This document shows, piece after piece, positions 42,549 to 52,336 of a DNA stretch of 64,000 bases. Made by a program: the position numbers and the translations under genes. A model generated the notes under the pieces. It saw only the letters and a program-made list of their open reading frames with translations. It was not told where the DNA came from and made no database searches. The DNA is taken from the NCBI GenBank assembly GCA_046861385.1, contig JBHHTW010000002.1, forward strand, positions 78,948-142,947. Reading direction: 5' to 3'. Numbering within the stretch: position 1 is the stretch's first letter; each line of letters begins with the position of its first letter. The stretch is from Fidelibacterota bacterium (GTDB lineage Bacteria; Fidelibacterota; Marinisomatia; Marinisomatales; TCS55).

Positions 42549-43514
42549 ATAATTGAAAAACCCACACTCGCCATTGTTGGTTCCACCGCTGTAGGAAAAA
42601 CGTCCGTAGCCATTGCCGTAGCCAAAAAAAATCAATGGTGAAATAATTAGTCTGGATTCTCGCCAGATTTATCGGAATATGGCCATCGATACCGCCCAGC
42701 CTTCAGTAGAAGAAATGGAAGCAGGCCACATCATTAAGTTGCTATCCGTGAACCCAATGAAATCATTTCTGCCGGTAAATATACTAGCTTTGTGGAAGAA
42801 ATAATTTCAGAAATTAGGGATAGGGGAAAAGAACCCATCCTTTGCGGCGGAGCAGGATTGTATTTGGAAGTGCTGACTAAAGGCATTTTTAGCGATAGTA
42901 CCACCGACTTAATAATTCGGGAACGATTGAGTCAAGATTATGATGAAAATCCGGATGGTTTGTTAAAAATACTTCAAGAAATAGATCCGAAATAAGCTGA
43001 AAAAGTCCACATTAATAATAAAAAGCGACTAATTCGTGCGTTGGAAATATTTGAAATTACCGGTAAACCACCGACTATCCACTTCACCGATCAGTCAATC
43101 ATGTCTCCGCCAGGCAGGCAACCTCGCCAACCTTTTTGTGTTATTTTATTATCCTTGGACAGACAGAATCTGGAAGAACGTATCCGGGCTCGTACAAAAA
43201 AAATGCTGGCCAATGGTTGGATTGAAGAAACAAAAGCGTTACGTAAAAAATATTCGGTTGAAAAAGCTCACGCTTTGGATTCCATTGGCTACCGACAAAT
43301 TTTCCAGTTTCTGAAAGGTGAATACAAATTAGAGGAATTGGAGGAGGAAATTGTCGTACGGACTCGGCAATATGCCAAACGCCAGCTGACCTGGTTCAAA
43401 AACAAGTCCAATCCAATTGAGATTGATGTAAAACAGTATAATAATATTGAAGCCTTACCAGATGAAATCATTCATATCTGGAAGAAATCATTAAATACCT
43501 CCATCATCCATTAA
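42549..43514 (+). pseudogene. miaA: tRNA dimethylallyltransferase pseudogene
   Basis: Reconstructed IVGSTAVGKT, ISLDSRQIY, PHH, GGAGLY, RLIRALE, SIGY, TRQYAKRQLTWF. Lesions: ATA at the expected start, +1 in A8 run 42624-42631, -1 near 42725, in-frame TAA at 42735 and 42993. Confidence 0.92.
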
Positions 43515-43541
43515 TTTTTTATTAAAATTGTTTGTTTAGAC

Positions 43542-43590
43542 GTATGACAGACATTCCTGTCTGTCATAGTGCAAACAGGAATGTTTGCAC
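43542..43590. repeat. REP-like double palindrome, family A copy 2
   Basis: gtatgacagacattcctgtctgtcata + gtgcaaacaggaatgtttgcac. Confidence 0.8.
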
Positions 43591-43664
43591 ACCTATTATT
43601 TTCGAATTTAATTAAATGATATTACAAATAGAAATAGCATTAGAATATACTGATCAACTTTTCC

Positions 43665-43788
43665 GTACGACAGTCATTCCCAGCCTGCCTGTCTGCCGGA
43701 ATGAAATACAGGCATGGCCCCATTTGACAAATATTGACGGGGGCGGGCAGGCTGACTATCGTAATGGCGACAAGAATGTCTGCACTAC
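43665..43788. repeat. REP-like family A copy 3, interrupted by a ~72-bp element with inverted ends
   Basis: gtacgacagtcattcc [cagcctgcc...ggcaggc] tgactatcgtaatggcgacaagaatgtctgcactac. Confidence 0.65.
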
Positions 43789-43860
43789 GTTTCATTTTAG
43801 AAGCATTATTTAAAAGATTTTCTATTTCACTAAGTTGTCGTAAACATTCTAAATTCGTTA

Positions 43861-45387
43861 ATGGGTATTCTATCCATTACGAACTCGTTTCTGCATACAG
43901 CAGAATTGAAAAATTTTCTCGAATCACCTGGAAAAATTAGGTTGTCGCCGGTAGCCCGAGAACGCATTTCCAAATCACATGAATATTTGAAATCACTTTT
44001 AGCAAGCGGAGAAAAAATTTATGGCGTCAACACCGGTTTTGGAAAATTGAGTAGCGTATCTATTCCTGAAGCTGAACAAAAGAAACTGCAGTTAAATTTA
44101 GTACGGAGTCATTCTGCCGGTGTGGGTAAGCCCTTTGACCATGGAATCACACGACTCACAATGGTGTTAAAATTAATGACTCTGGCGAAAGGATACAGCG
44201 GAGTTCGTATAGAAGTGGCAGATCAACTGGTGAATTTTATCAATCATGACATATTGCCTATTGTTCCCCGCCAGGGTTCGGTAGGAGCCAGTGGCGATTT
44301 AGCTCCATTATCCCATATTGCATTGGGATTAATCGGTGAAGGGAATGTCCATTTTCAGGATCGGATTATGCCCGCCATTGTTGCTATAAAAGAAGCAGGA
44401 TTATCCCCATTGGTTTTGGAGGCGAAAGAGGGATTGTCTTTGATTAACGGTACTCAGGTTTCGTCATCCCTCGGGATTAAAGCGTTAGTGAATGCAGATG
44501 TTATTTTGAAAACAGCCGATATCGTAGGAGCCATGTCCGTAGAGGGCAGTCTCGCAAGCCGGAATGTTTTTGCCGGTAAACTGCATCGGTTAAAAAAGCA
44601 TAAAGGACAACAGCAGTCTGCGAAAAATGTATGGAATTTTTTAAAAAACAGCACCATCGTCGACTCCCATGAAGACTGTGATAAAGTTCAAGACCCGTAT
44701 TGTCTGCGGTGTTTGCCTCACGTTCATGGTTCCAGCAGAGAGCTTTATAAAACAGCGTTGGAAATGGTGGAAAATGAGGCCAACAGCGTCAGTGATAATC
44801 CGCTCATTTTTTCTCATAAGGAAATTCGAAGCAGTGGACATTTTCATGCAGAAGCCGTTGCCCAAGCATTGGATTTACTTTCCATTGCCATGTCTGAAAT
44901 GGGATCCATATCCGAACGTCGTATCCATTATTTTATGAAAGGGATTACAGATAAAGTCCCCCTGTTTGTTGCGCATAACCCTGGTTTGGAGTCGGGGTTT
45001 ATGATGGCACAAGTCACCGCTGCATCCTTAACGTCTGAAAATAAAACACTGGCTCATCCTGCGTCGATTGATACCATTCCCACCTCTGCCGGGCAGGAGG
45101 ATTTTGTGAGTATGGCTCCTTGGGCAGGGAGGAAATGTTTGCGAATTATGAATAATGTGTCTCAAATATTGGCCATCGAATTGTACGTCGCAGCAACGGT
45201 GATTACCCAATTTCATCCCAAATTGAAACCAGCGGATTGTTCGAAAAAAGTCATCAATCTGTTGAAAAAAATTGTGAATTTATCCAAAGGAGATCATCCC
45301 CTCTATGAAGATATGGCAGCGATTAATGATCTCATCCATTCCGGCAAAATGCTGACGGCAATTTCTAAATTAATACCATTAGTATAA
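43861..45387 (+). CDS. hutH: Histidine ammonia-lyase
   Basis: [11 protein letters not shown]-forming [39 protein letters not shown]. Confidence 0.94.
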   Translation: MGILSITNSFLHTAELKNFLESPGKIRLSPVARERISKSHEYLKSLLASGEKIYGVNTGFGKLSSVSIPEAEQKKLQLNLVRSHSAGVGKPFDHGITRLTMVLKLMTLAKGYSGVRIEVADQLVNFINHDILPIVPRQGSVGASGDLAPLSHIALGLIGEGNVHFQDRIMPAIVAIKEAGLSPLVLEAKEGLSLINGTQVSSSLGIKALVNADVILKTADIVGAMSVEGSLASRNVFAGKLHRLKKHKGQQQSAKNVWNFLKNSTIVDSHEDCDKVQDPYCLRCLPHVHGSSRELYKTALEMVENEANSVSDNPLIFSHKEIRSSGHFHAEAVAQALDLLSIAMSEMGSISERRIHYFMKGITDKVPLFVAHNPGLESGFMMAQVTAASLTSENKTLAHPASIDTIPTSAGQEDFVSMAPWAGRKCLRIMNNVSQILAIELYVAATVITQFHPKLKPADCSKKVINLLKKIVNLSKGDHPLYEDMAAINDLIHSGKMLTAISKLIPLV

Positions 45388-45389
45388 AT

Positions 45390-46862
45390 ATGGGTAATCG
45401 ACCTCCATTTGATTCAGCATTAACCTTTGACGACGTGTTACTCGTACCCCAAAAGTCCACCGTCTTACCAAGGGATGTAAAAATTGCCACCCGCCTGACA
45501 AAAAATATCCTTATGAATATCCCCTTACTTAGCGCTGCGATGGATACTGTTACGGAAAGCAGAATGGCCATCGCCCTGGCCAGAGAGGGAGGAATTGGAA
45601 TTATCCATAAGAATATGAGTATTGAAGATCACGTTACCATGGTGGATCAAGTGAAACGGTCTGAAAGCGGTATGATCCGAAATCCCATTACCATGGATCA
45701 AAATAAAACACTTCGGGATGCAAAAGAATCCATGGCACATTATCACATCAGCGGGCTGCCGGTAGTAGATGGTGAAAAACTGGTGGGAATTTTAACGAAT
45801 AGGGATATTCGATTTGAAACCGATCTGGATTTGAAAGTATCCGAAAGAATGACCAGGGAAAACCTTATAACCGTTCCAATGGATACCACCCTGGAAAAAG
45901 CCAGGGAAATACTCCAGAAACATCGTATTGAAAAACTATTGGTGGTTGATAATCAGGGAGCCCTCACAGGACTTATCACTGTAAAAGATATCCAGAAGAA
46001 GGAAGATTATCCCAATGCCTGTACGGATGAAAGGGGACGGCTCCGGGTTGGCGCTGCGATCGGTGTGGGTCAGGATACGTTTGACCGCGCTGATGCGCTG
46101 GCAAGCGCCGATGTGGACGTGATTGTTTTAGATACGGCCCACGGGCATTCCGCTGGTGTTTTATCAGCTGTGAAGAATATTAAGTCCAAATTAGGGGACT
46201 CATTGGAGATTATCGCTGGGAATGTGGCAACCAGCGAAGGAACTGAAGCATTAATAGATGCCGGTGTAGACTGTGTTAAAATCGGTATCGGAGCAGGGGC
46301 CAGCTGTACAACACGAGTGGTTGCTGGAGTAGGCGTACCCCAGTTAACAGCTGTGATGTTATGTGCGGATGCTGCTGCAAAATATCATATTCCCATTATT
46401 GCAGATGGCGGTATTCGATATAGCGGCGATCTTGCCAAGGCGATTGCTGCCGGTGCAGGCGCGGTGATGCTGGGTTCATTGCTGGCCGGGATGGATGAAT
46501 GCCCCGGTGAAACAATACTCTACGAAGGCCGTCAGTATAAAGCCTATCGAGGGATGGGTTCATTAGGCGCCATGAAGGAGGGGAGCGGCGATCGTTATTT
46601 TCAGGAAGGAGCCGAAGCGACAAAATTGGTTCCTGAGGGTATTGAAGGTATCGTACCCTATCGGGGTTCAGTAAGAAATACTATCCACCAACTGATAGGC
46701 GGACTTCGGTCATCCATGGGATATTGCGGAGCGAAAGATATTCAATCTTTTCAGAAAAATACCACCTTTGTCCAGATTACTGCAGCTGGCGTGAAAGAAA
46801 ATCACCCCCATGAAGTGCGTATTGTTAAAGAAGCTCCAAATTATCAAATCTCCGAGGGATAA
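45390..46862 (+). CDS. guaB: Inosine-5'-monophosphate dehydrogenase
   Basis: [17 protein letters not shown], two CBS domains, catalytic Cys loop [17 protein letters not shown]. Confidence 0.98.
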   Translation: MGNRPPFDSALTFDDVLLVPQKSTVLPRDVKIATRLTKNILMNIPLLSAAMDTVTESRMAIALAREGGIGIIHKNMSIEDHVTMVDQVKRSESGMIRNPITMDQNKTLRDAKESMAHYHISGLPVVDGEKLVGILTNRDIRFETDLDLKVSERMTRENLITVPMDTTLEKAREILQKHRIEKLLVVDNQGALTGLITVKDIQKKEDYPNACTDERGRLRVGAAIGVGQDTFDRADALASADVDVIVLDTAHGHSAGVLSAVKNIKSKLGDSLEIIAGNVATSEGTEALIDAGVDCVKIGIGAGASCTTRVVAGVGVPQLTAVMLCADAAAKYHIPIIADGGIRYSGDLAKAIAAGAGAVMLGSLLAGMDECPGETILYEGRQYKAYRGMGSLGAMKEGSGDRYFQEGAEATKLVPEGIEGIVPYRGSVRNTIHQLIGGLRSSMGYCGAKDIQSFQKNTTFVQITAAGVKENHPHEVRIVKEAPNYQISEG

Positions 46863-46949
46863 ATTATGATTATCCGTCGGTAGGGTGGATTGACTAATAG
46901 AATTAAGGACGCTTTATAATTTAATTCTTTTTATGACAAAAAGGTAAAA

Positions 46950-47000
46950 GTACTGCAGGCAGGCTGTCTGCAGCATCACAAACAAGAATGTCTGTAATAT
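46950..47000. repeat. REP-like double palindrome, family A copy 4
   Basis: gtactgcag-gcaggc-tgtctgcagca + tcacaaacaagaatgtctgtaata; flanks resemble copy 1. Confidence 0.7.
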
Positions 47001-47260
47001 ATCGAGAAAACAATTTATTAATGAAATTACAAATGTAATTATTGTTTGCTCCCAAGTTATGTAAGTGTAAATATTTCAGTTTATCATTCTTCTAAAGAAT
47101 ATAATATTAATGTTTAAGATTTTTATCATGGTTGTTTTGGGTACGCCGACTAATTTATTGCTAATAAAAAGTAAAACATTGAACACCTAATGGAGTTCGG
47201 TAATCATTTCATTTAAAGTTCTATTAACATGTAACCTTGATGAGGTTATTCAACTTATTT

Positions 47261-47433
47261 AGTCAGACTCCCTTATGAGTCTCCCCTCTATAACACCTAA
47301 ACAAAAAGTAAATCAGACTCCATTAGGAGTCTCATATCTATAGCACGTAAACAAAAAGTAATTCAGACTCCATTAGGAGTCTCATATCTATAGCACGTAA
47401 ATAAAAAGTAAATCCAACGCCGTTAGGTGTTGA
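47261..47433. repeat. Tandem array of 50-bp units, each with a GACTCC-N-GGAGTC hairpin (three full units plus one partial)
   Basis: Units at 47261, 47311 and 47361 (aatcagactccattaggagtctcatatctatagcacgtaaacaaaaagta), partial at 47411 (caacgccgttaggtgttg). Confidence 0.9.
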
Positions 47434-47530
47434 ATATTTTAATTAAATTTAATTCAGTATGTTTATGGAATATCGCCATTTTATTTAAAGATAGTTGGTT
47501 AAAAAAATATTACGGCTGTAAAATATTCAT

Positions 47531-47564
47531 AAAAAAAAGCCCTTTAGAAATCCAAAGGGCTTTT
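47531..47564 (-). terminator. Rho-independent terminator of rpsT (likely bidirectional)
   Basis: aaaaaaaagcccttt-agaaatcc-aaagggctttt. Confidence 0.88.
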
Positions 47565-47584
47565 CACTTAAAACAATATAAATA

Positions 47585-47839
47585 TTACGACAATGTTTTT
47601 AAATGACGTGAAATACGAGATTTTCTCCTGGCGGCTGTATTTTTTTTAATCAATCCCTTACCGACAGCTTTATCAATCGTACTGACAGCGTTATTGTACA
47701 GTTTTTGAGCATCTTCTAAGGTTGATGTTTTCATCATATTGCTAACAGCTGATCGTAGCTTTGACATTTCAGCGACATTTTGTAACCGCCGCTTTTTGTC
47801 TTGCCGTTCACGTTTAATTTGTTGCGGATGTCTATCCAT
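47585..47839 (-). CDS. rpsT: 30S ribosomal protein S20
   Basis: IKRERQDKKRRLQN, IDKAVGKGLIKKNTAARRKSR. Confidence 0.95.
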   Translation of the reverse strand: MDRHPQQIKRERQDKKRRLQNVAEMSKLRSAVSNMMKTSTLEDAQKLYNNAVSTIDKAVGKGLIKKNTAARRKSRISRHLKTLS

Positions 47840-47963
47840 TTAAATAAGTCCTTTTTTAAGTCAAAAATTCGAGCGCAAAGTTATAGTTATTAAGTTAAAA
47901 TCTCAACTAAAGATTAACTTATTTCATAATTTGAAATACTTATAAAATCACGTATTTTCGATT

Positions 47964-48644
47964 ATGAATAAAACCGATCTATTACGAACAGTTCCCATTT
48001 TTTCCGAATTACACAGGAATGATGTCAACAAGATATCGGATCGAATGGTCTCACGGACCTATGATAAAGGACAAGTTATTTTATTGGAAGAAGCCACGGG
48101 AGAAACATTTTTTGTGATTGCAAATGGAAGTGTAAAAATTACCCGATTGAGTGATGATGGAAGAGAAGCCATTCTTGCCATTCTTGGAGAAGGAGATTTT
48201 TTTGGTGAAATGTCCCTATTGGATGGCTCCGGGCGATCTGCAAACGTGATTTCACTTGAAAATTCGGAAGTTCTCACCCTATCCCGGAATGATTTTTTGG
48301 AAATTTTAGAAACATATCCCAAAATATCCATCAGCCTACTGGAAGAATTGACCATGCGATTGCGTAAAAGCGATCAGCAGATTGAAAGTTTGTCTTTAAG
48401 CGATGTTGAGCATCGAATCGGAATGACATTGATCCGCCTTTCTGAAGAATTGGGGAAAATAAAAAATGGCAAAGTCAGAATCGAAAATATTCCCTATCAG
48501 CAGGATATAGCCAATATGGCGGGAACATCCAGAGAGACTGTTTCCAGAACATTCACCTTGTTCGAGGAAAAAGGAATGATAGAAAAAGAGGGACGGACCT
48601 TAGCCATCATCGATTATTCAGCCTTTTGCCAGTTGTTCTCTTAA
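47964..48644 (+). CDS. Crp/Fnr family transcriptional regulator (cNMP-binding)
   Basis: FFGEMSLL...RSA cNMP pocket; HTH IANMAGTSRETVSR. Confidence 0.93.
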   Translation: MNKTDLLRTVPIFSELHRNDVNKISDRMVSRTYDKGQVILLEEATGETFFVIANGSVKITRLSDDGREAILAILGEGDFFGEMSLLDGSGRSANVISLENSEVLTLSRNDFLEILETYPKISISLLEELTMRLRKSDQQIESLSLSDVEHRIGMTLIRLSEELGKIKNGKVRIENIPYQQDIANMAGTSRETVSRTFTLFEEKGMIEKEGRTLAIIDYSAFCQLFS

Positions 48645-48661
48645 ATATCTAAATTTCATCT

Positions 48662-49597
48662 ATGACAAACTCCTTTTTAGATGGTATTCGCACCAACGAT
48701 CATCGTGTGCTTTCCAGAGTGATTACCCATATAGAAAATGATCATGGATTAACTGACGAATTTTTCATTTCCCTCTATAAATACAGTACAGATGCAATCC
48801 GCATTGGAATAACCGGACCGCCGGGAGCCGGAAAAAGTACCTTAACGGATCGATTGATTGCGTTATACCTTGAGCACGGGAAATCAGTCGGAGTGGTGGC
48901 CGTGGACCCAACCAGCCCGTTTACTGGAGGCGCCTTGCTGGGAGATCGTGTTCGTATGAATAAATATATCTGGGAAGATCAAGTTTTCATTCGCAGTATG
49001 GGGTCCCATGGTGACCTGGGGGGGCTCGCCAGAAAAGCACAGGACGTGGGAGACGTATTGGCTGCCAGTGGTAAAGATATTATCATTTATGAAACGGTAG
49101 GGGTCGGTCAGGGGGAGCATGATGTCGCCGCCGCGGTGGATCTGACACTGGTCATTTTGGTTCCTGAATCCGGAGATGAAATTCAAATGATGAAGGCAGG
49201 TTTAATTGAAATTGCAGATCTTTTTGTTATTAATAAATCCGATAGAGACGGCGCTAACCGATTGGCGCAGTTACTTCAAAATATTCTTCATACTTCCTCA
49301 GGAAAGGACAAAACGGAACCACCGGTCGTTAAAACAATTGCAAGTGATGGAAAAGGAGTGGATGAACTTTTTGAGACCATTGAAACGCAATTAAACCAGA
49401 TGAAGTCGAATGGTGCATTTAATGCCCAGCGATTGGAAAAACATCAAACACGGGTACTTGGATTAGTTAAGGAAAAATTATTGAATGAGTTTTGGACCTC
49501 AGAAAAATTAGAAACGCTTTCTCGGGAAACACATTCCATTGATTCGATGAAATTGTCTCCCTATGAAATATCTGCGGCTTTGTTGAAAAATGAGTGA
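48662..49597 (+). CDS. meaB: Methylmalonyl-CoA mutase-associated GTPase MeaB/ArgK
   Basis: GITGPPGAGKST, VDPTSPFTGGALLGDRVRM, ETVGVGQ, NKSD. Confidence 0.94.
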   Translation: MTNSFLDGIRTNDHRVLSRVITHIENDHGLTDEFFISLYKYSTDAIRIGITGPPGAGKSTLTDRLIALYLEHGKSVGVVAVDPTSPFTGGALLGDRVRMNKYIWEDQVFIRSMGSHGDLGGLARKAQDVGDVLAASGKDIIIYETVGVGQGEHDVAAAVDLTLVILVPESGDEIQMMKAGLIEIADLFVINKSDRDGANRLAQLLQNILHTSSGKDKTEPPVVKTIASDGKGVDELFETIETQLNQMKSNGAFNAQRLEKHQTRVLGLVKEKLLNEFWTSEKLETLSRETHSIDSMKLSPYEISAALLKNE

Positions 49598-50312
49598 AAA
49601 TATGTCTTTTCTGGATCATTTGGAGGAATTGCGTTGGCGATTAATCAAAGGAGTTGGTTCCATCGTCATTGGCGGAATGGTCGCTTATTTTTTTATTGAT
49701 GATATTATTTTACTATTAATCGCACCCACTGAACGTATCTCGTCACCCATGAACTTGCAGGTTTTAACCGTTCAGGGAATGTTCATGATTAAATGGGGGA
49801 TGGCGATCGTCGGAGGGTTTATTTTAGCGCTGCCGGTGATCACATATCAGCTTGCAAAGTTTATTTCACCGGGGCTTTATAAAAGTGAAAAAAAATTCAT
49901 GATTCCCCTGGTATTTTTCAGCTATATCGCATTCATTATCGGAGTTGTTTTTGCATATGGCATCATTATTCCATTTTCTTTACAATTTTTCTCGTCCCTG
50001 GGTTCATCTGAAATTCAAAACAACTATTCGATCAATTATTATTTCAGTTTTATTACATGGCTGATGCTTGGCAGCGGAGTCATATTTGAACTGCCGGTTG
50101 TTGTATTCATTTTATCTGTTATTGGATTATTAACGCCACCGTTTATGCGGCATTATCGAAAGCATGCATTGATTGTTATTCTGGTGTTATCTGCATTTAT
50201 CACTCCTCCTGATCCGGTGAGTTTATTGTTTATGTCTATCCCGCTAATTCTTTTGTATGAATTGAGCATTGGCGTAAGTTGGATAGTTAATCAGAGACAT
50301 TTAAAAGCATAA
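49590..50312 (+). CDS. tatC: Twin-arginine translocase subunit TatC
   Basis: MSFLDHLEELRWRL, FISPGLY, FELP, ITPPDP. Confidence 0.96.
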   Translation: MSENMSFLDHLEELRWRLIKGVGSIVIGGMVAYFFIDDIILLLIAPTERISSPMNLQVLTVQGMFMIKWGMAIVGGFILALPVITYQLAKFISPGLYKSEKKFMIPLVFFSYIAFIIGVVFAYGIIIPFSLQFFSSLGSSEIQNNYSINYYFSFITWLMLGSGVIFELPVVVFILSVIGLLTPPFMRHYRKHALIVILVLSAFITPPDPVSLLFMSIPLILLYELSIGVSWIVNQRHLKA

Positions 50313-50319
50313 TTCAATC

Positions 50320-51309
50320 ATGCGGGAAGAAATAAAAAATATTAAAGAAATCACTGCTCCTATTTTTGAAGATTTAAAAATATTTGAAGGTGAATTCAGG
50401 GAAGCGCTTCATTCAGAAGTACGTTTGGTCAACACCATAGGAAAATATTTATTACGTCATCGAGGGAAACATATTCGTCCCATTTTGACCATTCTATCCG
50501 CCCGTTTAACGGGAAAACCTACATTGCAGAGCTACCAGGCAGCCGCGATGATTGAACTGCTCCACGTAGCAACCCTCGTCCACGACGATGTGGTGGACGG
50601 AGCTGATAAACGACGGGGTTTCCTGGCGATTAATAGAATCTGGAAGAATAAAGTCTCAATACTCATGGGCGATTTCCTCTTGAGCAAGGTATTGATCAAT
50701 CTTATCAAATTGAAAAATTTTGATGCACTCGAATTGATGTCCTCCACCGCTGAAAAATTAAGCGCCGGTGAAATTTTGCAAATTGAAAAAAGTATGTCCA
50801 AATCCATGACGGAAGATGTGTATTATGATATGATTTATCAAAAAACGGCTTCATTAATATCCACCAGTTGTGAAATTGGAGCCATTACTGCATCAGATAA
50901 GGTGGAAGACAGGCAGAATATGTCACTATTTGGGAAGCATTTTGGAATGGCTTTTCAAATAAAGGATGATCTATTTGACTTGGAAGGATCTGAAACTGAA
51001 ACAGGAAAAACAGTCGGTTTGGATATTAAGAAAAATATGATTACCCTTCCCCTGATTCACAGTTATAAAAATGTCCCCAAGCCGGCTGAACGAAAAATAA
51101 AACGGATTATGAGGATAAAGGATAAATCGGAAGAAGATGTTAGTGAACTAAAAAATATTATTTTTGAAACAGGCGGATTTAACTATGCACGGAAAAAGAT
51201 TGATGATTTTAGCGCGATGGCTATCGACTCCATCAGCCAATACCCTGATTCTGCTTATAAAGATTCTTTAATTGATCTGGTTGCCTATAACATTCAGCGC
51301 ACAGGCTAA
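50320..51309 (+). CDS. Long-chain polyprenyl diphosphate synthase (IspB/HepT-like)
   Basis: GKHIRP, FARM ATLVHDDVVD, SARM FQIKDDLFD. Confidence 0.93.
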   Translation: MREEIKNIKEITAPIFEDLKIFEGEFREALHSEVRLVNTIGKYLLRHRGKHIRPILTILSARLTGKPTLQSYQAAAMIELLHVATLVHDDVVDGADKRRGFLAINRIWKNKVSILMGDFLLSKVLINLIKLKNFDALELMSSTAEKLSAGEILQIEKSMSKSMTEDVYYDMIYQKTASLISTSCEIGAITASDKVEDRQNMSLFGKHFGMAFQIKDDLFDLEGSETETGKTVGLDIKKNMITLPLIHSYKNVPKPAERKIKRIMRIKDKSEEDVSELKNIIFETGGFNYARKKIDDFSAMAIDSISQYPDSAYKDSLIDLVAYNIQRTG

Positions 51310-51314
51310 ACATC

Positions 51315-52334
51315 ATGAAAGATCCTCAGGCCATTTTGGTTCTGCGATTCAGTTCAATTGGAGATATTGTCCTTGCGACATCACCCCTAACCACATTGCG
51401 AAAAAGATTTCCCAATGCGCGCATTGATTTTATGGTATTAAGCCATTTTGCACCTCTCTTGGAAAATCATCCTTATATTGATCGAATCATTAACATAAAT
51501 AAAGCATCCCATATTTCCATCTTAAAAGGGATTGGAGATTTAGCAAATGAGAATTATGATCTGGTGGTCGACCTTCATAATTCATTGAGAACAAAATTGA
51601 TCAGGAAAAGGATTGTGGGGCCACCAACACTCGTATATAAAAAACCGAGATGGAATCGGTTTAAATTAATAGAATTGCATATCAATCATTTTGATTTGGG
51701 ATTTAATCAGCGAAAAAGTTACCATCAATGCCTTCAACCCATCATGAATGGATCTACTGATTATCCTGATTCATTTCTGTATGTGACTGAGAATGAGAAA
51801 AAACAAGCTAACGATTTAATAAAACAATCTGGTCTTTCAACGGACTTTATTGTCATTATCCCCGGCGCAGCCTGGAAATCAAAGTGTTGGTCGACTGAAG
51901 GATATCGATCATTGATTAAAGATTTTCTTCAAAATAACGAATCATCCATTGTCATCATGGGTGGGAAAAATGATTCCATTTGTGATGAGATTTACATCGA
52001 GGATTCACGGGTTGCAAACCTCAAAGGGAAAACAGACCTTCGTGAATCCCTGGGAATAATCAGTCAAGCCAAATTTGTACTGGGAAGTGATACCGGATTA
52101 ACCCATGCTGCAGAGGCGCTGGGTGTTTCTGCAATCGTCATTATGGGTCCCACATCAAGAGAAACCGGCGGTGGCACATTTCTCCCCGGTTCTACGACCA
52201 TTGAGAATGGTGAATTATGGTGCAGACCCTGTTCTCAAAACGGAAAAAATCCCTGTTTTAGAAAAGAACAGTACTGCATGACATCCATCACTCCGGATTT
52301 AGTCCGTACTAGTATTCAACCCTTGGCTGTCTAA
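51315..52334 (+). CDS. GT9 family glycosyltransferase (LPS heptosyltransferase-like)
   Basis: RFSSIGDIVL, PGAAW..KCW, DTGLTHAAEALG, CRPC...C...C. Confidence 0.9.
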   Translation: MKDPQAILVLRFSSIGDIVLATSPLTTLRKRFPNARIDFMVLSHFAPLLENHPYIDRIININKASHISILKGIGDLANENYDLVVDLHNSLRTKLIRKRIVGPPTLVYKKPRWNRFKLIELHINHFDLGFNQRKSYHQCLQPIMNGSTDYPDSFLYVTENEKKQANDLIKQSGLSTDFIVIIPGAAWKSKCWSTEGYRSLIKDFLQNNESSIVIMGGKNDSICDEIYIEDSRVANLKGKTDLRESLGIISQAKFVLGSDTGLTHAAEALGVSAIVIMGPTSRETGGGTFLPGSTTIENGELWCRPCSQNGKNPCFRKEQYCMTSITPDLVRTSIQPLAV

Positions 52335-52336
52335 AG

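Noticed and set aside
42792-43514. Separate ORFs 42792-42995 and 43041-43514 as independent genes
   Set aside because: They are in-frame fragments of the miaA pseudogene.
43616-43940. Short ORFs upstream of hutH
   Set aside because: They overlap REP-like repeats or the hutH start and have no recognisable protein features.
47261-47433. CRISPR array
   Set aside because: Segments between hairpins are near-identical rather than unique spacers, the period is 50 bp, and there are no cas genes in the window.
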